A stretch of DNA of 64,000 nucleotides from contig JAUSEK010000021.1 of NCBI GenBank assembly GCA_030650275.1, forward strand, positions 20,106 through 84,105, read 5' to 3'. Positions 1 to 8,345 of this stretch are shown here, piece by piece. A program made the translations under genes and the position numbers. Positions within the stretch are counted from its first letter, which is position 1. The number at the start of each line of letters is the position of its first letter. The notes beneath the pieces were generated by a model that saw nothing but the letters and a program-made list of their open reading frames with translations, had not been told where the DNA came from and made no database searches. This DNA is from Candidatus Omnitrophota bacterium. GTDB taxonomy: Bacteria; Omnitrophota; Gorgyraeia; Zapsychrales; Fredricksoniimonadaceae.

Positions 1-265
1 CTTGCGGACTTTCCACCACACAGATCATCTTGCGGTCGCGGTTGGTGTCCGCGCACACCAGACACATCTCCTGCTCGGACAAATTATTACACAACTTGCA
101 AAAACGCATGCCTTCCTTCAACTGGACCATATTATCGGCCAAAGCACGCACATTCTCCGATGGCTCGCTTAAAAGCCAGAAAACAATGCGCTCGGCACTG
201 CGCCGGCCGACACCGGGCAATTTTGACAAGCGTTCCAAAAGATTTTCTATTAACTTGGGGTACAT
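1..265 (-). CDS. recR: Recombination protein RecR, N-terminal 88 codons (gene continues beyond window start)
   Basis: Reverse-strand translation from ATG at 265: MYPKLIENLLERLSKLPGVGRRSAERIVFWLL...C..C...C..C...ICVVESP. The LPGVG helix-hairpin-helix, C4 zinc finger and start of Toprim match RecR; classic dnaX-recR synteny. Confidence 0.8.
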   Translation of the reverse strand, partial: MYPKLIENLLERLSKLPGVGRRSAERIVFWLLSEPSENVRALADNMVQLKEGMRFCKLCNNLSEQEMCLVCADTNRDRKMICVVESPQ

Positions 266-271
266 GGGGTT

Positions 272-1813
272 TTATTCACTATGCCATTCTTTGACCACTT
301 CTCCGCCGAACATCTCCAAAGCCGCCTTCACCACCGTCTCATCTTTTTTAGGCACGGTAACGTCCCTGATCTTTAACACAACACGCACCCCAGTTCCCAA
401 TTTCTCGCTGAAAACTTTTTCAAGCAAAGCCAAACTCTCTTTCGTTTCCAAGGACTCTTTCTGGAACGCGTGGTCCTTATTGAACGCGATGGTCAATTGT
501 CCGTCCCGAAACGCGTAAGGCAGTCCATCCTGCAAATACGTGGCCATAGACATTTTCCGGCGGGAAACCTCATGGGTCAAAGCATTCCATTGTTCCTGAA
601 TACCCTGCAAGGACATTTCTAAACTCACCGGCGGCGCAGACGGTCTAGCAGGAACGACTTCCGCCGGCGCCGATGTTGCCGGCTTAACAACCGCGACCAC
701 AGGTTGGACCTGTGCCTGCGATTGCCCGCCATACGCCATCTTGGCAAAAGCCAATTCCAAAGGCATGCGCAGGGTCTCCATGACGCGGGCGGTTTCCTGC
801 GCCTCAATGAACAATTCAATGACCTTCAATATGCCGACGATGGTGATCCTCTCTGCCTGAATAGCCAGACGCTGTCTGACCGCGGCCGGATACTCCACCA
901 AACCTTTCAGATCCTGGCCGCCGATCTTCATGATCATCATGTGCCTGAAATGTTCGGTCAGGTCCTTGCCCAATTGCTTGATGTCCTTGCCCCGCTCAAT
1001 GATCTCATTGAACACCTTCAGGGCAGATACGCAATTTTTATCCACCAAGGCATCGGTCAATTGGAACAACAATTCGATCTCGACCATCCCCAGCATGGAG
1101 AACACGTCTTTGGCGTCAATGCCGTCGGATCCCAGGGCGCTCAACTGGTCCAAAATGCTCAACGCGTCGCGCATGCTGCCCTGCGCGGCCTTGGCAATGG
1201 CGAACAACGCCGCATCGTCTATTTTCAACTTCTCTTTGGCGCAAATGCCTTTGAGGGCCGAGGCGATCACGTCAACTGGAATGCGTTTGAAATCAAAACG
1301 CTGGCAGCGTGAAAGGATGGTTGAAGGGACTTTATTGGATTCGGTGGTGGCAAAAATGAATTTGACGTGTTCGGGCGGCTCTTCCAGGGTCTTGAGCAAA
1401 GCATTGAAGGCCTCGGAGGTGAGCATATGCACTTCATCAACAATATAAATTTTGTAACGGCCATAAGCAGGAGCGAATTTGACGTTCTCCCTCAAGGTGC
1501 GGATCTCATCAATGCCGCGGTTGGATGCCCCGTCGATCTCAATGACGTCAAAACTGTTGGACGAGGTGATCTCGCGGCAGGCAAAACATTTGCCGCACGG
1601 GATCAAGGTCGGCCCCTCCTGGCAATTGAGGGACTTGGCGAGGATGCGGGCGCACGAGGTCTTGCCTATGCCCCGGGGCCCGCAAAACAAAAACGCATGG
1701 GCAATGCGTTTGGACTCAATGGATCTTTTTAATAACTGGGTGATGTGGTCCTGCCCGATGACCTCGGCAAAGGTCTGGGGACGGTATTTGCGGGCTAAAA
1801 CAAGATAGGACAT
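272..1813 (-). CDS. dnaX: DNA polymerase III subunit gamma/tau
   Basis: ORF 513 aa; N-terminus YLVLARKYRPQTFAEVIGQDHI...CGPRGIGKTS Walker A; AAA+ clamp-loader signature. Confidence 0.95.
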   Translation of the reverse strand: MSYLVLARKYRPQTFAEVIGQDHITQLLKRSIESKRIAHAFLFCGPRGIGKTSCARILAKSLNCQEGPTLIPCGKCFACREITSSNSFDVIEIDGASNRGIDEIRTLRENVKFAPAYGRYKIYIVDEVHMLTSEAFNALLKTLEEPPEHVKFIFATTESNKVPSTILSRCQRFDFKRIPVDVIASALKGICAKEKLKIDDAALFAIAKAAQGSMRDALSILDQLSALGSDGIDAKDVFSMLGMVEIELLFQLTDALVDKNCVSALKVFNEIIERGKDIKQLGKDLTEHFRHMMIMKIGGQDLKGLVEYPAAVRQRLAIQAERITIVGILKVIELFIEAQETARVMETLRMPLELAFAKMAYGGQSQAQVQPVVAVVKPATSAPAEVVPARPSAPPVSLEMSLQGIQEQWNALTHEVSRRKMSMATYLQDGLPYAFRDGQLTIAFNKDHAFQKESLETKESLALLEKVFSEKLGTGVRVVLKIRDVTVPKKDETVVKAALEMFGGEVVKEWHSE

Positions 1814-1865
1814 AGGTAGTTACAATATCCCAAATGCACCGGTAAAATCAAGGGATATTTGCGTA

Positions 1866-4097
1866 TTACCAACGGTACAGGGACTTGCGGACCGGTTTTT
1901 CCGATTCAGATGGTTTAGCAAACGGCTTAGGCGATGGCTTGCTGCCTTGAGGTTTAACGCTGGGCTTGCTGCGCATGGACAGGGAAATACGCTTGCGGGC
2001 AATGTCCACCTCTAAAATCTTCACTTTTACCTTCTGCTGGACCTTAAGAAAATCCGCGGGACTTTTGATATAGGTATCGGACATTTCGCTGATGTGCACC
2101 AGCCCATCCTGATGCACGCCGATGTCCACAAAGGCCCCGAAGGCCGTGACATTGGTGACAATGCCGGTCAACTCCATACCCGGGGTCAGGTCCTCAAGTT
2201 TTTCAACCCCCTCTTTAAATTGTACAACTTCAAATTTGGCGCGCGGGTCGCGTCCGGGTTTAGCCAATTCTTCCTTGATATCCAAAAGCGTCGGCAGACC
2301 CACCTGCTCGCTGACATATTTATGCACGTCGATCTTTTGACGCAATTTCTCATCCTTCATCAGGTCCTCCACCGAAGCCCCGACGTCTTTAGCCATCCGT
2401 TCAACAATGGCATAACTTTCCGGATGCACGGCCGAAGCATCAAGCGAGCTTTTACCGCCGCGGATGCGCAAGAAACCAGCCGCCTGTTCAAAGGCCTTGG
2501 CGCCTAATTTGGGTACCTTTTTTAATTCTTCCCGCGCATTGAACGCGCCGTTGGTGTTGCGATGCTCCACAATGGCCTGGGCCGAAGCCGGACCCAAACC
2601 GGAAACATACATCAACAATTGTTTGCTGGCGCTGTTGACCTCCACCCCCACCTGATTGACGCTGCTGATCACCACGTCATCAAGCATGTTCTTTAATTTG
2701 TTCTGGTCCACGTCGTGCTGGTACTGGCCGACACCGATGCTTTTGGGGTCTATTTTCACCAACTCCGCCAGAGGGTCCTGTAAGCGCCGGCCGATGGACA
2801 CCGACCCGCGCACCGTCACGTCATGATCGGGAAATTCTTCACGGGCCGCGTCGGAAGCGGAATAAATGGATGCCCCGCTCTCATTGACCATCACGACCTG
2901 GATGCCGGGCAATTTCAAAAAACGGGCAAAGGCCTCGGTCTCGCGGCCGGCTGTGCCGTTACCAACAGCAATACATTCAATATCAAACGTCTGGCATAAT
3001 TTCTTCATCGTCTGAATGGCGCGTTCTTTTTCCGCCTCGCTTTGGGTGACATAAATGACTGTATGGTGCATCAACTTGCCCTGGGCGTTCAAACACACCA
3101 CCTTGCACCCCGTGCGATAACCGGGGTCCATGGCCAAAATATTCTTTTGTCCCAAAGGCGATGCCATCAATAATTGACGCAAATTATCCGCGAACACTTG
3201 AATGGCTTCCTCATCGGCTTTTTGTTTGCTTAACAGACGCGCCTCTGTCTCTATGGACAAAGACAAAAGCCGTTTGAAACAATCTTCAACAGCCATTTGC
3301 ACCTGCGATGAACAGGCATTCGCGGGGCTGGCCACGAACATCTCATGAAGAATGGACAGGGCCTCTTGTTCACCAACGGTGATGCGCATCATCAGGAATT
3401 CTTCCTTCTCCCCCCGGCGCATGGCCAGAACGCGGTGGGACGGCGCTGTCTTCACCGGCTCCTTCCAATCATAGTAATCCTTGAATTTAACCCCCTCTTG
3501 TTCCTTGCCTTTGATGACTTTAGATTCAAGTACTGCTTTTTCCAGATAAAGGGCACGGATCCTGGCACGGGCTTGAGCATTTTCATTGACCCATTCCGCG
3601 ATGATGTCGCGGCTGCCGGCCAGGGCCTCGTCAATATCGGCAACACCTTTGGCAGGGTCAATAAAACGCGCGGCCTCGATCTTTGGGTCAACGTCCGGAT
3701 TTTGCTTAAAAATGAGCGCGGCCAACGGTTCCAAACCTTTTTCTTTGGCAATGGTGGCCCGGGTGCGGCGTTTGGGCTTATACGGAAGATACAGGTCTTC
3801 CAGCACCGTCATGGTCTGGGCGGCATTGATCTTTTCTTTCAGATCGTCGGAGAGTTTGCCCTGCTTGGTGATGGACTCCAGAATGGCGGCGCGGCGCTCG
3901 TCGAGTTCCTGCATTTGCCGCAGGCGGTCGCGGATCTGCGTGATGGCCACCTCATCCAAAGAACCGGTGACTTCCTTGCGGTAACGGGCGATAAAAGGAA
4001 CAGTGCCGCCCTCGTCTAAAAGGACGGCGGCGGCAACGACCTGCTTTTCTCTTAAATTAAGTTCCTGGCAAACCTTGAGGATGTGGGAAGAATTCAT
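1866..4097 (-). CDS. tex: Transcription accessory protein Tex (S1 RNA-binding, YqgF/HhH domains)
   Basis: ORF track 1866..4130; likely true start at MNSSHILKVCQELNL (4097), which forms an ATGA overlap with the stop of the upstream gene; C-terminal S1 domain and lysine-rich tail. Confidence 0.9.
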   Translation of the reverse strand: MNSSHILKVCQELNLREKQVVAAAVLLDEGGTVPFIARYRKEVTGSLDEVAITQIRDRLRQMQELDERRAAILESITKQGKLSDDLKEKINAAQTMTVLEDLYLPYKPKRRTRATIAKEKGLEPLAALIFKQNPDVDPKIEAARFIDPAKGVADIDEALAGSRDIIAEWVNENAQARARIRALYLEKAVLESKVIKGKEQEGVKFKDYYDWKEPVKTAPSHRVLAMRRGEKEEFLMMRITVGEQEALSILHEMFVASPANACSSQVQMAVEDCFKRLLSLSIETEARLLSKQKADEEAIQVFADNLRQLLMASPLGQKNILAMDPGYRTGCKVVCLNAQGKLMHHTVIYVTQSEAEKERAIQTMKKLCQTFDIECIAVGNGTAGRETEAFARFLKLPGIQVVMVNESGASIYSASDAAREEFPDHDVTVRGSVSIGRRLQDPLAELVKIDPKSIGVGQYQHDVDQNKLKNMLDDVVISSVNQVGVEVNSASKQLLMYVSGLGPASAQAIVEHRNTNGAFNAREELKKVPKLGAKAFEQAAGFLRIRGGKSSLDASAVHPESYAIVERMAKDVGASVEDLMKDEKLRQKIDVHKYVSEQVGLPTLLDIKEELAKPGRDPRAKFEVVQFKEGVEKLEDLTPGMELTGIVTNVTAFGAFVDIGVHQDGLVHISEMSDTYIKSPADFLKVQQKVKVKILEVDIARKRISLSMRSKPSVKPQGSKPSPKPFAKPSESEKPVRKSLYRW

Positions 4098-6211
4098 CGC
4101 GACTTCGCCGGTGGCGCTAACGGCGGCCACAGGGGCAGGGCTATACCCGACTGAATAATGGCAAATATCCTCGGCTGGATGGCCATCGCGGGCCGCGCCC
4201 TGTTGACTATTTGAGGAGGTTCAACGTTCAAAGCCATTTCCTTGATAAGACTCCCCATCTGTTCGTCCCTTTTGGAATGACCCGGATTCATCGACCAGGA
4301 TACCGATGCGTTCCAATACCCGTTGATCAGATTTTTCTTTCCGGTATCGGGATCATAGACTACGTTTGGGATTTGATGATAGGAAACTTCCAAAAGGATA
4401 CGTTTCATCCATTTTTTTGATTCTTCCCTGTTTCCCAGCTCATAATGACTGGCCGCTAAGATCCACATGGCCGCGGCCACTTCATTCAATATAGGATATT
4501 TCCAGATCGCAATATGTAAAGGATTATTATTGCCTCGAAACGTCGTTCCCCAGGGATACGCGATCAATCCGCCGATCTCCCGGGATTTTTGTCCTTGCTC
4601 TTCCTGGGCCAAACGGACCCAGACCGGATCATCGATCACCTTCTGCGCCCAAACAATGGCTTCATTGTAATCCTTCTTTTCAAATGCCTGCCACGCGTGC
4701 AAATTGTATTGTCCCGGCTCAACAACCTGCGTCCTTGGGTCAGGAAAATGAGTCGGCACGTTTTCCTGAAAAGATCTATCCGCCACGATGCTGTTGACAT
4801 GATCTGCGGCTCTTTTCCGTTCACCTGCGCTGATATTGATCTGTCTATAAATTGAAAAATAGTCATCATCGAGGACAAAGGGATTCACCCCATTAATGGG
4901 CAACACTCCCCAAGCGCCTATAAAACTACCCCCTTCAATTCCTCCGGAAGGATTTTTGGCATAAAAAAATGGAGTTTTCCATCCGTGCCCGACGGCTACG
5001 CCTTGCCCGGTGGCATAAAAGAACATTTTAAAACCCTTCACTTCATAGGCCGCTTTTAACAATTCATCCGTCAGCAATTCGGCGATCGCCTTGAAATTTC
5101 TGGCTTTTTTCCTGCTGCCCGCGTTCCAAAATCTTACGGCGTTCTTCTGTAAAGCTAAAATGACCCCGCCGGTCCACTCGGGCGATCCCACAGGATGAAA
5201 CCCTCCACGGGCCTTGATGACATCAGGATCTTTAGCATCTGTAAAATCAACGGAAATGATGGTCCGGCTTTTCCCGCCGGGAAATTCCAGCGTGACGCGC
5301 ACAAGACTTTTCGCCAGCATGGTTCCCGTTAAACGTTCGAGCGCGTCCAGCGGGACCGCATCCCCCAATTTTCCAGCCATGGTCCATGAATAGGCGTCTG
5401 TGGCAAATATCGCGCTCGGACCGTTTTCCCATATCCCTTGATGGATCGCTCCTTGCCGCGGCAGATAAACATTGTTCATAAACCACGCGGAAGCCCTGTC
5501 CGCGGCCTGTTTCCATTTCATGTCTTGCGTCAACTCGAACAATTGATAAAAAACATCAACGGTGTCCGCGTGCGGTTCGGTATGGACCCTGCCGGGCGTC
5601 CTATCTCCATCGCTGACAGCGCCGTCCGGTCTTTGCATGGCCAGCAAGGTTTCTCCCAAAATAACGGCATCATACAAATATTTTGCTTTATTGACCTGCA
5701 GCATCGCCATGATGAGAAAAGCGGTCGGCCCTGGCGTTGTCAAATATTCCAATTCTCCCTTCCCTTGCTTTCGGATGGATGTGCGGTCAACAGCATTGAT
5801 CAAGCCTAATGCAGGACTGTCTTTTCCAAAAAGTTTTAATATGCCATAGGTTTTGTTCGCATCGCTGTTGTTAACGATCTCATTGCGGGGAATATGTAAT
5901 CGCTGCGTGAAATAATCGATGATCCTTTCGGCTTCGCCCTGGTTTCCCGCCGCCTTTAATATCATGGCCATGACCGCGGCGTCATAGATGAAGGTCAAAT
6001 TTTCAAATCCCGGATGGCCATATAAACTGGGTGACAGGCCCGTACCAGGGTCTGCCAATCTTATGATGCTTTGAGAGGCGCCATGCGTTAAATCATATAT
6101 ATCTAATGGTGTCAAGGCACGGGCATTCAACGGCCAGCTAAATGCCGATAAAAAAACCATGGTAAGCAATAATGAACGTAGGGAGGTGGGAACTACCGGA
6201 GTTTTGTTCAT
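4094..6211 (-). CDS. Secreted hypothetical protein (705 aa, N-terminal signal peptide)
   Basis: MNKTPVVPTSLRSLLLTMVFLSAFSWPLNARA signal peptide; no recognisable catalytic motif by eye; lower GC than the flanks; stop overlaps the tex start (ATGA). Confidence 0.7.
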   Translation of the reverse strand: MNKTPVVPTSLRSLLLTMVFLSAFSWPLNARALTPLDIYDLTHGASQSIIRLADPGTGLSPSLYGHPGFENLTFIYDAAVMAMILKAAGNQGEAERIIDYFTQRLHIPRNEIVNNSDANKTYGILKLFGKDSPALGLINAVDRTSIRKQGKGELEYLTTPGPTAFLIMAMLQVNKAKYLYDAVILGETLLAMQRPDGAVSDGDRTPGRVHTEPHADTVDVFYQLFELTQDMKWKQAADRASAWFMNNVYLPRQGAIHQGIWENGPSAIFATDAYSWTMAGKLGDAVPLDALERLTGTMLAKSLVRVTLEFPGGKSRTIISVDFTDAKDPDVIKARGGFHPVGSPEWTGGVILALQKNAVRFWNAGSRKKARNFKAIAELLTDELLKAAYEVKGFKMFFYATGQGVAVGHGWKTPFFYAKNPSGGIEGGSFIGAWGVLPINGVNPFVLDDDYFSIYRQINISAGERKRAADHVNSIVADRSFQENVPTHFPDPRTQVVEPGQYNLHAWQAFEKKDYNEAIVWAQKVIDDPVWVRLAQEEQGQKSREIGGLIAYPWGTTFRGNNNPLHIAIWKYPILNEVAAAMWILAASHYELGNREESKKWMKRILLEVSYHQIPNVVYDPDTGKKNLINGYWNASVSWSMNPGHSKRDEQMGSLIKEMALNVEPPQIVNRARPAMAIQPRIFAIIQSGIALPLWPPLAPPAKSR

Positions 6212-6565
6212 ATTCGGAAGTCAGGCTATCCTTCTAAGGTTAAGGATCCTATGACTTTGCGCCCCCACTTTACAATGGGTTTGCCTTTGTCGTAGAACAG
6301 GTATTTCAAAATTCTAATAGAGAGTATGTCCTATGCCAAATAAAAAGCAAGGGTTTCAAACCGCATGCCCTTGCTGGAAAATTAATATATAACCATTGCA
6401 GTATAAATGGGTTACGCCATCATACCCTGGTGTGGAATACGTTTTCCACCCTGTGGATATGTCAGCAAGACCAAGTCCTGCAATGAGTTGCCGAATTAAA
6501 CTTTTAATTAAAAAATTCTAATAGAATATAACTGATTGGAAGATATTGAGTTGCAGATAAACTTA

Positions 6566-6587
6566 AAAAACGGAGAGGCAGGGATTC
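6566..6587 (-). repeat. 22-nt direct repeat of the tRNA-Ser(GCT) 3' end (aaaaacggagaggcagggattc), followed on the minus strand by T6; forms a bulged 7-bp hairpin GGAGAAGG/CCTCTCC + U-run (terminator-like)
   Basis: Identical 22-mer at 6832-6853 (inside and just past the tRNA) and at 6566-6587; the ~250-nt spacer contains perfect 8-bp hairpins (ggcgtgac-attc-gtcacgcc; ccacgacc-tcac-ggtcgtgg). Confidence 0.7.
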
Positions 6588-6836
6588 CTTCTCCCCCGGC
6601 GTGACATTCGTCACGCCTCCTCCGAAGCCGGCCGCCCTCGCTTGAACCAGTGGCGCTCGGGTCGGCTTCGAATCAGTAGATATCCACGACCTCACGGTCG
6701 TGGCACTTCTGTTGTTCTTGTTACTTTCAGGCTTCGCCTGTCCTCGGCAAAAAATCATTGCCTCGGATGCTATCCATCTACAACCTTACGGGTGTAGGTT
6801 TACGAAGGATTTCTAAAGTTAAACCTAATATAAAAA

Positions 6837-6925
6837 CGGAGAGGCAGGGATTCGAACCCTGGGACCAGGTTACCCCGGTCAACTGCTTAGCAGGCAGCTC
6901 CGTTCGGCCACTCCGGCACCTCTCC
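6837..6925 (-). tRNA. tRNA-Ser (anticodon GCT), long variable arm, no encoded CCA
   Basis: Reverse complement GGAGAGGTGCCGGAGTGGCCGAACGGAGCTGCCTGCTAAGCAG...GGTTCGAATCCCTGCCTCTCCG; anticodon loop CUGCUAA; T-arm GGTTCGAATCC. Confidence 0.9.
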
Positions 6926-7402
6926 CTAATTATCCTGCACAGCTTTTGCCTTGCGCTTCTTCTCAAAAAACTCACTGACAATGGCCCCGCATTCGCCGGC
7001 CAGGATCCCGCCGACAACATCAACACGATGGTTCAACCGCTCATGCCGGACGATGTTCATCAAAGACCCGCATGCGCCTGTTTTGGGGTCCTCGGCACCG
7101 TAACACAAACGCTTCAAACGGGCCAGCACCAGCGCCCCGGCGCACATCGAACAGGGCTCGATTGTAACATAGAGGGTACACTCCCGCAACCACTTCGCGG
7201 ACAAGCCGCTCGTCGCCTGCGTGATGGCGATCATTTCGGCATGCGCGGTGGGATCTTTGAGCGTTTCCACCTGATTATGGGCCCGGGCAATGATCTTATT
7301 CTCATGGACGATCACCGCGCCGACGGGAACTTCATCCGCCTCATAGGCCTTTTTTGCCTGGCGCAATGCTTCCCGCATGAACATCTCATCAATTTGGGTC
7401 AT
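6926..7402 (-). CDS. tadA: tRNA-specific adenosine deaminase TadA (CDA fold)
   Basis: 158 aa; HAEMIAI...PCSMCAGAL zinc-binding deaminase motifs; stop codon abuts the tRNA-Ser 5' end. Confidence 0.9.
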   Translation of the reverse strand: MTQIDEMFMREALRQAKKAYEADEVPVGAVIVHENKIIARAHNQVETLKDPTAHAEMIAITQATSGLSAKWLRECTLYVTIEPCSMCAGALVLARLKRLCYGAEDPKTGACGSLMNIVRHERLNHRVDVVGGILAGECGAIVSEFFEKKRKAKAVQDN

Positions 7403-8121
7403 CAGGGTTTGGAAATAACCGCTAAAGGAAGGTCAATACGGACAACGGTGCCTGTGCGCAAAGAACTTTTGATGTGGATACCGCCACCCGCTTTCTCAAC
7501 GATGGTGTGGACCACGGAAAGGCCGAGACCGGCGCTTTTTTCAAAACCGCGTTCCTTGGTGGTAAAAAACGGTTCAAAAACTTTTGACAAATGTTCCGGG
7601 GTGATGCCAACGCCTTCGTCCTGGACCTCGACCACCGCTCTCTTATTTGACCGGTCCCGGGTCGTGCGTATCCTCACTGTCCCTCCGGCTGGCATGGCCT
7701 GCATGGCATTGACCAAAACATTATGGATGACCTGGTGGCATTCAACCTTCCCCAAACGGACGGGCGGGATATCCTTGGCCAACCGCAGGGACATTTTGAT
7801 CCTGGCCGCCTTGATCTGTTGCTTTAACAAAGCAGCGATCTCTCTGATGACCTCATTGACCGCGCAGGAGCCACTGGACGATCTGACCAGCATACGGCCG
7901 GTGGCGGCGCAACAGCGTTTGAGCTGGCGGTTCATCTGCTCGAGGGTGGTGATAATTTTAGTAAAATCCTTATAAGACAGGTATTCAAAATCGCGGCGTT
8001 TGTATTCGTCAATGAGTTTCTGCGTGCTTTTGCTGACCGACTGCAGGGGGCCGTCCAATTCGTGGGCAAGCCCGGACAGGATGGTCAAAAATTCGCGGGA
8101 AGATTTTTCAGATAAAGCCAT
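7402..8121 (-). CDS. Small cytoplasmic sensor histidine kinase (HisKA + HATPase_c)
   Basis: LAHELDGPL H-box; C-terminal G-boxes (GLGLSVV). Track ORF extends to 8193 via a GTG start; the ATG at 8121 (MALSEK) is more likely because the tRNA-Arg repeat lies at 8131-8150. Confidence 0.8.
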   Translation of the reverse strand: MALSEKSSREFLTILSGLAHELDGPLQSVSKSTQKLIDEYKRRDFEYLSYKDFTKIITTLEQMNRQLKRCCAATGRMLVRSSSGSCAVNEVIREIAALLKQQIKAARIKMSLRLAKDIPPVRLGKVECHQVIHNVLVNAMQAMPAGGTVRIRTTRDRSNKRAVVEVQDEGVGITPEHLSKVFEPFFTTKERGFEKSAGLGLSVVHTIVEKAGGGIHIKSSLRTGTVVRIDLPLAVISKP

Positions 8122-8130
8122 AGGATAAAA

Positions 8131-8150
8131 AACGCGCCTAAGAGGACTCG
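8131..8150 (-). repeat. 20-21-nt direct repeat of the tRNA-Arg 3' end (aacgcgcctaagaggactcg), followed on the minus strand by T6 (terminator-like GC hairpin + U-run)
   Basis: Identical 20-mer at 8264-8283 (tRNA 3' end) and 8131-8150; the ~110-nt spacer has two perfect 9-10-bp hairpins (ccccgactt...aagtcgggg; tataaactgc...gcagtttata). Confidence 0.7.
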
Positions 8151-8265
8151 GCGCCCCGACTTTTCTCGTATTATTGAAGTCGGGGTCGGCCACCCGCTCT
8201 ATAAACTGCTCCTATTCGTCGCAGTTTATAAACAGAGCTCCTTCGAGTCCTTTATGAAAGTTAAA

Positions 8266-8339
8266 CGCGCCTAAGAGGACTCGAACCTCTAACCCTCAGT
8301 TCCGTAGACTGATGCTCTATCCAGTTGAGCTATAGGCGC
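8266..8339 (-). tRNA. tRNA-Arg (anticodon ACG)
   Basis: Reverse complement GCGCCTATAGCTCAACTGGATAGAGCATCAGTCTACGGAACTGAGGGTTAGAGGTTCGAGTCCTCTTAGGCGCG; anticodon loop CUACGGA. Confidence 0.9.
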
Positions 8340-8345
8340 AAATTT

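Noticed and set aside
704-1808. Several plus-strand ORFs (202, 172, 121, 109 aa)
   Set aside because: All antisense within dnaX.
6504-6758. 84-aa ORF inside the tRNA-Ser trailer
   Set aside because: Low-complexity Gly/Ala/Arg-rich translation of GC-rich hairpin DNA; no RBS.
6580-6835. tRNA-like or tmRNA gene in the Ser trailer
   Set aside because: The duplicated segment lacks a complete T-arm (no CAGGG 5' strand) and no D/anticodon arms can be built; tmRNA, RNase P and 6S signatures are absent.
6758-7975. 405-aa plus-strand ORF
   Set aside because: It lies entirely antisense to tadA and the small histidine kinase and runs through a tRNA; no domain features; an artefact of high GC.
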